Below are positions 57,740 to 64,000 of a stretch of 64,000 bases of DNA, one piece after another. Where the stretch lies: positions 160,001 through 224,000 of the forward strand of contig CAXWPJ010000005.1 in assembly GCA_963664115.2 (NCBI GenBank), read 5' to 3'. Under the pieces are notes generated by a model. That model was not told where the DNA came from. It saw nothing but the letters and a program-made list of their open reading frames with translations, and searched no databases. Numbering within the stretch: the stretch's first letter is position 1; each line of letters starts with the position of its first letter. The translations under genes and the position numbers were made by a program. The DNA comes from Terriglobia bacterium. GTDB taxonomy: Bacteria > Acidobacteriota > Terriglobia > 20CM-2-55-15.

Positions 57740-58990
57740 ATGGCAAAACTGAAAAACAGATGGCTCATCGCTGCTTCGGCAGTTGGCATTCACATATCCA
57801 TTGGTTCTGTTTACGCGTATAGCGTAATGACCAATCCCATCAACGCGCTTCTGGGCTGGGAACCGAGTGATGTGACGACCGCTTTCAGCGTGGCCATTTT
57901 ATTTTTGGGTCTGTCGGCCGCCTTTCTGGGTTTCTTAGTCGAGACCAGAGGGCCTCGATGGTCAGGACGCATGGCAGCGTGTTGCTATGGCCTGGGAATT
58001 ATAGGCACAGGTGTCGCCATCCACCTTGCATCTCTGTGGATGTTTATCTTCTCTTACGGCGCTTTAGGAGGCATTGGTCTGGGGATTGGCTATATCACTC
58101 CCGTTTCTACACTTGTGAAATGGTTTCCCTATCGCCGCGGTCTGGCTACGGGGATGGCCATCATGGGGTTCGGCTTTGCCTCGTTGATTTTTGGTCCCTT
58201 GATGGCCTATTTATTTGATCTTATCGGGCTTTCGAACACCTTCTATGTATTGGGTTGTGTGTATTTTGCAATCATGTTTTCTTCGGCGAGCTATCTCGAA
58301 GCCCCACCGGAGGATTGGGACCCCGCACCTCCTGTTGATAAGGAAAACAAAGCGGCCGCCCGACGCAATAAACCCCAGGATCTGGCGCAACTCACAGCCC
58401 GGGAAGCACTCTTTACGATTCGCTTTTACTTCATGTGGCTGATGTTATTTATCAATGTGACCTGTGGGATCGCCTTGATTTCGGTTGCCTCGCCAATGGC
58501 GCAGGACGTAGCGGGCATGACCGCCCTGGGGGCGGCTTCGATGGTCGGATTGATGGGCTTGTTCAATGGCTTAGGTCGAATCGGATGGGCATCCTTCTCG
58601 GACATCATCGGACGGCCGATTACATATTCCTTGTTCTTCGTTATTCAAATTGTCGCCTTCGTAGTCCTGGCACAAACGACCAACGCGGGCGTCTTTCAAC
58701 TTATGGTTTATGTCATTTTGCTCTGTTACGGCGGTGGTTTTGCCACGGTTCCCGCTTATCTGGGTGACATGTTTAGCGCCAAAGAATTGAGTGCCGTTCA
58801 TGGCAATACCCTGACCGCATGGGCCGCGGCCGGCCTGGCGGGTCCGATGATTGTTTCCCGTGTGCGGGAAGCGACAGGCAGCTATTCCGGCACGCTTTAT
58901 TTCTTCTCTGTCTTGTTTGCAGTCGCACTCATCGTTTCTATTCTCGCCAAAATGAACATCTCTAAACTAAGCGCCTTGAAATCGACTTGA
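57740..58990 (+). CDS. OFA-family MFS transporter (oxalate:formate antiporter-like)
   Basis: NRWLIA, GSVYAYSV, GIGYITPVSTLVKWFP.RRGLATG and FNGLGRIGW motifs. Confidence 0.9.
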   Translation: MAKLKNRWLIAASAVGIHISIGSVYAYSVMTNPINALLGWEPSDVTTAFSVAILFLGLSAAFLGFLVETRGPRWSGRMAACCYGLGIIGTGVAIHLASLWMFIFSYGALGGIGLGIGYITPVSTLVKWFPYRRGLATGMAIMGFGFASLIFGPLMAYLFDLIGLSNTFYVLGCVYFAIMFSSASYLEAPPEDWDPAPPVDKENKAAARRNKPQDLAQLTAREALFTIRFYFMWLMLFINVTCGIALISVASPMAQDVAGMTALGAASMVGLMGLFNGLGRIGWASFSDIIGRPITYSLFFVIQIVAFVVLAQTTNAGVFQLMVYVILLCYGGGFATVPAYLGDMFSAKELSAVHGNTLTAWAAAGLAGPMIVSRVREATGSYSGTLYFFSVLFAVALIVSILAKMNISKLSALKST

Positions 58991-59193
58991 GGTCAAACGA
59001 GATCAAAAGGACTGCACGCATCAAATCAGCCGGTACTGTCGACTCCGGGGCCACGGGCTGCTAGGGCCAGGCAGTTTCCGAATCGCCCTCCGTGGGTTAG
59101 AATTGGAGTTTCGCCCTGATGGGTCCCGGCCTCGCCGGGGCGGTCGGGAACGCATAACTACAACATCGTTAGAACGATAAGAAGAGGATAGTC

Positions 59194-60441
59194 ATGGGAA
59201 AAGCTCTGGAGGGTGTTCGGATCCTGGATATGACACACGTGCAGTCGGGACCGACCTGCACCCAGATTCTGGCGTGGTTCGGTGCCGACGTCATCAAGAT
59301 CGAGCGGCCGGGTGCGGGCGATGCCACGCGCGGCCAGCTGAGGGACATTCCTGACGTCGACAGCCTCTACTTCACGATGCTGAACGCCAACAAGCGCAGC
59401 GTGACGCTGAACCCCAAGACCGAAGCAGGCAACAAGATATTCGCGAAGCTGATCGAAAAATGCGACGTGATGGTGGAAAACTTCGCACCGGGAGCCATCG
59501 ATCGTATGGGCTTTCCGTGGGAGAAAATCCAGGAAATCAATCCCCGTATGATCTACGCATCCGTAAAGGGATTCGGTCCCGGGCCATTCGAGGATTGCAA
59601 GGTGTACGAAAACGTCGCCCAGTGCACGGGTGGGGCGGCGTCGACAACCGGCGAGATCGACCGTGTGCCCTTGGTCACCGGTGCACAGATCGGCGACTCG
59701 GGTACGGGCATACATCTGGTCGCGGGCATTCTGGCCGCCCTGCTGCATCGCGAGAAGAGCGGGCGCGGCCAACGCGTGGTCTGCGCCATGCAGGATGCGG
59801 TGCTGAACCTCTGCCGGGTGAAACTGCGCGACCAGCAGCGGCTGAAGCACGGACCCTTGAAGGAATACCCGCAATACCCCAACGGCACGTTCGGAGACGC
59901 GGTACCGCGCGCGGGAAACGCATCCGGTGGAGGCCACCCGGGCTGGGTCGTCAAGTGCAAGGGCTGGGAGACCGATCCGGACGCCTACACCTACGTGATC
60001 ACGCAGGCACAGGCCTTCCCGGCACTAGCCAAGGTGATCGGTCATGAGAACTGGCTGGAGGATCCGGACTTCAACACGCCTGAGGCACGCACCCCAAGAA
60101 TGGACCACGTGTTCGCGGAAATCGAAAAGTGGACCATGACCATGGATAAGATGGAGGTGATGTCCACCCTCAATGCCCTGAATGTGCCCTGTGGCCCTAT
60201 CCTTTCAATGGAAGAACTGGCCGTGGAGCCGGCCTTGCGGGCCACCGGCACGGTTGTGGAAGTGGACCATCCGGAGCGCGGCAAGTATCTCACCGTCGGC
60301 AGCCCGATCAAGCTGTCGGATTCACCCGCCGATGTCCAGCGCGCACCTTTGCTGGGCGAACACACCGACGAAGTCCTCAGGACCGTCCTGGACCTGGACG
60401 ACAAAGACATCGAAGCCGCTCGCGAGCAGGGCGCGATCTAA
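59194..60441 (+). CDS. frc: Formyl-CoA:oxalate CoA-transferase
   Basis: [45 protein letters not shown] and [10 protein letters not shown] motifs. Confidence 0.95.
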   Translation: MGKALEGVRILDMTHVQSGPTCTQILAWFGADVIKIERPGAGDATRGQLRDIPDVDSLYFTMLNANKRSVTLNPKTEAGNKIFAKLIEKCDVMVENFAPGAIDRMGFPWEKIQEINPRMIYASVKGFGPGPFEDCKVYENVAQCTGGAASTTGEIDRVPLVTGAQIGDSGTGIHLVAGILAALLHREKSGRGQRVVCAMQDAVLNLCRVKLRDQQRLKHGPLKEYPQYPNGTFGDAVPRAGNASGGGHPGWVVKCKGWETDPDAYTYVITQAQAFPALAKVIGHENWLEDPDFNTPEARTPRMDHVFAEIEKWTMTMDKMEVMSTLNALNVPCGPILSMEELAVEPALRATGTVVEVDHPERGKYLTVGSPIKLSDSPADVQRAPLLGEHTDEVLRTVLDLDDKDIEAAREQGAI

Positions 60442-60459
60442 ACCGGGGAGACTCTAGTT

Positions 60460-61521
60460 TTGAAATACAAGGTACTTATTCTGGGCGCCTCCTACGGCTC
60501 ACTGTTCAGCACCAAGCTGTTGATGGCGGGTCACAGTGCGACCCTGGTCTGCACCAAACCCACTGCCGAGTTGATCAACAACGAAGGGACCGTAGTGCGT
60601 TTCCCTGTTCGTGGGCGGGATTCACTGGTTGAGGTTTCATCGAACGGGCTGGGGGGCACACTTTCCGCGACCCCGCCCGATGGCGTCGACCCGGGCCAAT
60701 TCGACCTGGTCGTTCTGGGGATGCAGGAAGCCCAGTATGGATCCACGGGCGTCAAGGAACTGATGGTCCGTGTGGCGGCGGCGCGCGTGCCGGCTCTGGC
60801 GATCATGAACATGCCGCCACTGCCCTATCTGGAACGGATTCCCGGACTTTCGACCGAGACACTCAAGTCATGCTACGCGGACCCCTCCGTCTGGGAAGGA
60901 TTCGAGCCCGGCCTGACCTCGCTGGCGAGTCCCGATCCCCAGGCGTTTCGCCCTCCGAACGAGCCAAAGAATGTACTCCAGGTGGGTCTGCCCACCAACT
61001 TCAAGGCCGCCCGCTTTGGGGACGAAGCACCCACCGACATTCTTCGGAACCTGGAAACCGATATCGCAGCTGCGCGCTTCGATCCGGGTGATGGCGCAAT
61101 CGAAATTCCTGTGAAGCTCAAGGTGCACGAATCCATCTTCGTGCCGCTGGCCAAGTGGCCCATGTTGGTCGCCGGCAACTACCGTTGCATCAAGGCCGAA
61201 GAAATGATCCCGATCCGGGACGCGGTGCACGGGAGCGTGGACAAGTCGAGAGAGGTTTACAGCTGGGTGTGGAAACTCTGTACCGGCTTGGGAGCCGGGG
61301 ACGGAGACCTCGTGCCTTTCGAGAAATACGCCAAGGCGGCCGAAGGCCTGGCCAGTCCGTCTTCCGCGGCACGCGCGCTGTTTGGCGGAGCGGAACACAT
61401 CGAACGCGTCGACTGCCTGGTTCGACGGATTGCCCAAGGGCAGGGACAGCAGTCGGACACGCTGGATGAGATCGTTCGGTTGGTGGACGCCCGGCTTGGA
61501 AAGAATCGCGCGGCAGGCTGA
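60460..61521 (+). CDS. Ketopantoate-reductase-like (Rossmann) hypothetical protein
   Basis: ILGASYGSL, DLVVLGMQE, IMNMPP and VPFEKY motifs; directly follows frc. Confidence 0.7.
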   Translation: MKYKVLILGASYGSLFSTKLLMAGHSATLVCTKPTAELINNEGTVVRFPVRGRDSLVEVSSNGLGGTLSATPPDGVDPGQFDLVVLGMQEAQYGSTGVKELMVRVAAARVPALAIMNMPPLPYLERIPGLSTETLKSCYADPSVWEGFEPGLTSLASPDPQAFRPPNEPKNVLQVGLPTNFKAARFGDEAPTDILRNLETDIAAARFDPGDGAIEIPVKLKVHESIFVPLAKWPMLVAGNYRCIKAEEMIPIRDAVHGSVDKSREVYSWVWKLCTGLGAGDGDLVPFEKYAKAAEGLASPSSAARALFGGAEHIERVDCLVRRIAQGQGQQSDTLDEIVRLVDARLGKNRAAG

Positions 61522-61540
61522 AGGCGCCAGCTTACCGGCC

Positions 61541-61627
61541 CTCGAACTCGAACGTGTCGGAGTAGAGACCCCGTATACGCGTGCGGTTTACGCTACGGCG
61601 AAACTACTCGTCCAACGAAGACAGTGA
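61541..61627 (+). pseudogene. C-terminal remnant of a PanE/ApbA reductase
   Basis: LELERVGVETPYTRAVYATAKLL resembles the ApbA_C terminal helix (G..GV.TP....Y...K). Confidence 0.5.
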
Positions 61628-61681
61628 ATTGGAATCTCATCCCCGGTTTCGGCAAACCATCTGTTAAAATCCGCAAAGAAA

Positions 61682-63157
61682 ATGCCCGAAAACGATCCGT
61701 TTGAAAAGCTGCCTCTCCCGAGCACATCGATCCGGGGACTATTGAAGCACTTCGGCCCCGGGATGATTCTGATGATGACCGGGATCGGAACCAGCCACCT
61801 GATCACGGCGCCGGCTGCGGGGGGCCGCTTTGGCTACGCCCTGCTCTGGTGTATTCCCGTCGCCTACATCTTTAAGTATTACGGGTTTGAAATGGCGTTC
61901 CGCTTCACACACGCGACCGGCCGCAGCATGCTGGACGCCTATTCGACGGCCTGGAAGAAATGGCCCCTCTGGTACGTTCTCCTGACGACATTGATCCAGT
62001 GCGTCATCGGCCAGGCGGGGCGACTCGTCGCAGCCGCCGCGGTGTTGTTTTACTTTTTCTCGGAATACCTGGGGCTGGTATTTCCGATTTCGGTATTCGC
62101 GTTCGGCCTTGGAATCGTGTCCATCGCTGTTCTGTTGACCGGGCGCTACCAGGCTTTAGAAATTGTGTCGAAAGTTTTCGCCGGGATGCTGGTTCTGGCC
62201 AGCGTCGGCGTATATCTGGTGGAACCGGCCCCCCTGTCGGCGATGGGGAATTTCTTTGTCGTTCAGATTCCGGGGGGTTCCTGGCTCGTCATCGCCGCGT
62301 TCCTGGGCTTGCTGCCCACCGGTATCGACGTATCTCTCCAGGCCTCGGAATGGGGCAAGGCGAAGCGTGTCGGCATGGGAGCCATCCGGGAGACTCTGGA
62401 AAAAGAAGGCAAGGTGCCCACCTTCGACCCCTTCGTTTCGTCGAAGGAGGACCTCACCGTGGACACCGGAGTGCTCTCTCCCCACGCCCTGGAATACTGT
62501 CGCCGGTGGTTTCGCATCGGCCTGTGGGACTTCCGCGCCGGGCACGTCATCTCGTTCTTCCTCGCGTGTATCTTCCTCCTGCTTGCCGCGGTGTGGCTCT
62601 ATCCCAACCCCGTGGAGGGGAACGCCGTCATCGGCGAGATCGGACGGGTCTTCAGCGACAGCGTCGGCCCATCCATGATGGTCGTGTTCATGATCGGAGC
62701 ATTCGCGGCGACCTTCTCGACTGCTCTCAACTACTTCGACGGGTGGCCGAGGGTCGTCGGGGCCTGTTGCCGCAACCTCTTCCGGTCAACGGCCGGACTC
62801 CAGGGGGTTTCAGGTGAAGCACTGGGGCCGGAGCACCGGCGGCGATGGTATTCCGAATACAACATCTATCGGATCACGATGTTCTTTTCACTGATTGCCG
62901 CGAGTTCCCTGATCGCGGGAGTGCCACGACCCGTCTGGCTTGTCCTCGTCGCTTCGGCCCTGGCGTTCTTTGTCGCGCCCGTCATTTTCTTCCTCAACCT
63001 TTATTACTGCTTCGCCGTCATACCCAAGAAAGACCGTGTTTTCTATCCATCGACTTTCGCAACCTGGTTCAGTTGGATCAGCATGGCCGTGTTCGCTGCT
63101 ATGAGCTTCATTCTCATCATGGCCCGGGTATTCGGGATAACGTTGTTCGGCGCCTGA
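61682..63157 (+). CDS. NRAMP-like (APC-fold) transporter
   Basis: GPGMILMMTGIGTSHL, GGRFGYALLW, RFTHATG.S and FAATFST motifs. Confidence 0.82.
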   Translation: MPENDPFEKLPLPSTSIRGLLKHFGPGMILMMTGIGTSHLITAPAAGGRFGYALLWCIPVAYIFKYYGFEMAFRFTHATGRSMLDAYSTAWKKWPLWYVLLTTLIQCVIGQAGRLVAAAAVLFYFFSEYLGLVFPISVFAFGLGIVSIAVLLTGRYQALEIVSKVFAGMLVLASVGVYLVEPAPLSAMGNFFVVQIPGGSWLVIAAFLGLLPTGIDVSLQASEWGKAKRVGMGAIRETLEKEGKVPTFDPFVSSKEDLTVDTGVLSPHALEYCRRWFRIGLWDFRAGHVISFFLACIFLLLAAVWLYPNPVEGNAVIGEIGRVFSDSVGPSMMVVFMIGAFAATFSTALNYFDGWPRVVGACCRNLFRSTAGLQGVSGEALGPEHRRRWYSEYNIYRITMFFSLIAASSLIAGVPRPVWLVLVASALAFFVAPVIFFLNLYYCFAVIPKKDRVFYPSTFATWFSWISMAVFAAMSFILIMARVFGITLFGA

Positions 63158-63160
63158 AAC

Positions 63161-64000
63161 CTATGAAACATCGAAGTCGAGGTTGCGCGTGATGCGCTCG
63201 CCCGTGGAGCGAAACGCGTCGATGTACATGGAGATGCGCTTCTTCGCGGTTTCGAGGTCGTGGTTGTCCAGGTTGATGTTCAGCAGGTCGACGTACCAGG
63301 GCGTCTTGATCGCATCGCTTACGTAGGTTTCCACCGTCGCCCGTGCAATCGGAAGCGTCGTGCCTTTCGAATCGTCGTGGACGTTGCGGGTGCTCGCGCC
63401 GCGCAACTTTTCGTACTCCTCATTCAAAATCCGACGGAATAGATCCTCCGTGAAGGTATCTCCCGCCTGAACACCTGTTTCGCTGTCGTCTTCAGTGAGG
63501 CGGGCCCCCTTGTGGAGCCACTCCCAGAGGATGCTGAGCCGGATTTCGCCCGTGGCCATATCTTCCATCAGGTAAAGGACGTCATCGTTCTCAAAGAAGT
63601 CGGCCGGCTTGAGTGCTGCCGCCTGAAAACCCCGGCCGAAAGCGTTGCCGTACTGCAGCCCCACACTGATCAGGTCCCGTGTCCCGCGAATGGTCCGCGG
63701 CGCCGGTTCGAGCATGAACAGGCCTTCCGCGTCCTCTTCGGTGTAAGTCAGAGGCGGAAACTGGCGGTCCGTCTGGTTCAGCTTCCCCACTTTTCCCCAT
63801 ACCGGTCTGACGATGTGGACCATCTTCCAGTGGGCGACCCACTTGCCGCTCGCCCCTTCCCTTTCTTCGCGTTCTGCACCGGCAACGGCCTTCTTCATGC
63901 TGGCTTCGACGCCCGCTTCAGTCCCGACCGGAATGTTCGGCTCCATCCCGCCCTGCCACAGGGCATGACGACCGTTGCGGTCGGGGGTGGCGACAGCGCG
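63161..64000 (-). CDS. aceB: Malate synthase, C-terminal part (5' end outside the window)
   Basis: WQGGM, EQ/ER.EGASGKWVAH and YLMEDMATGEIR..LWEWLH motifs. Confidence 0.85.
   Translation of the reverse strand, partial: RAVATPDRNGRHALWQGGMEPNIPVGTEAGVEASMKKAVAGAEREEREGASGKWVAHWKMVHIVRPVWGKVGKLNQTDRQFPPLTYTEEDAEGLFMLEPAPRTIRGTRDLISVGLQYGNAFGRGFQAAALKPADFFENDDVLYLMEDMATGEIRLSILWEWLHKGARLTEDDSETGVQAGDTFTEDLFRRILNEEYEKLRGASTRNVHDDSKGTTLPIARATVETYVSDAIKTPWYVDLLNINLDNHDLETAKKRISMYIDAFRSTGERITRNLDFDVS

Overview
Bacterial accessory-type region, about 60% GC. The gene content (DUF6152, the DUF1552/DUF1592 operon, TolB-repeat Ser/Thr kinase remnants) suggests an Acidobacteriota-like host, which is inference. 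It holds about 45 genes, mostly exported or periplasmic enzymes, transporters and DUF proteins. It also holds six IS copies (IS3-like partial, three IS1380, IS256, IS701) and, at the right end, an oxalate/formate module (OFA transporter, frc, PanE-like protein, malate synthase). The main hidden structure is a repeated scaffold. No intact Ser/Thr kinase gene is present, yet about 20 intergenic spacers contain pieces of one kinase-TolB gene type. These pieces are a conserved promoter plus the first codons (MESGTKLGHYE...GKGGMGEVW...DADR), the last codons (VLNWFEELKERVPVP*), and a 38-bp inverted repeat that forms a ~100-bp palindrome. They bracket unrelated cargo genes, almost always co-oriented, like a cassette array. 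The ORF track also misses a probable selenoprotein (DUF411 with UGA at the first Cys of CGCC plus a SECIS-like hairpin), a 43-aa 14-Cys metallothionein-like ORF with a strong RBS, a ~400-nt structured RNA-like stretch (possibly a group II intron remnant) and a tRNA-Pro 3' fragment. All family calls come from motif recognition by eye; no database search was run.
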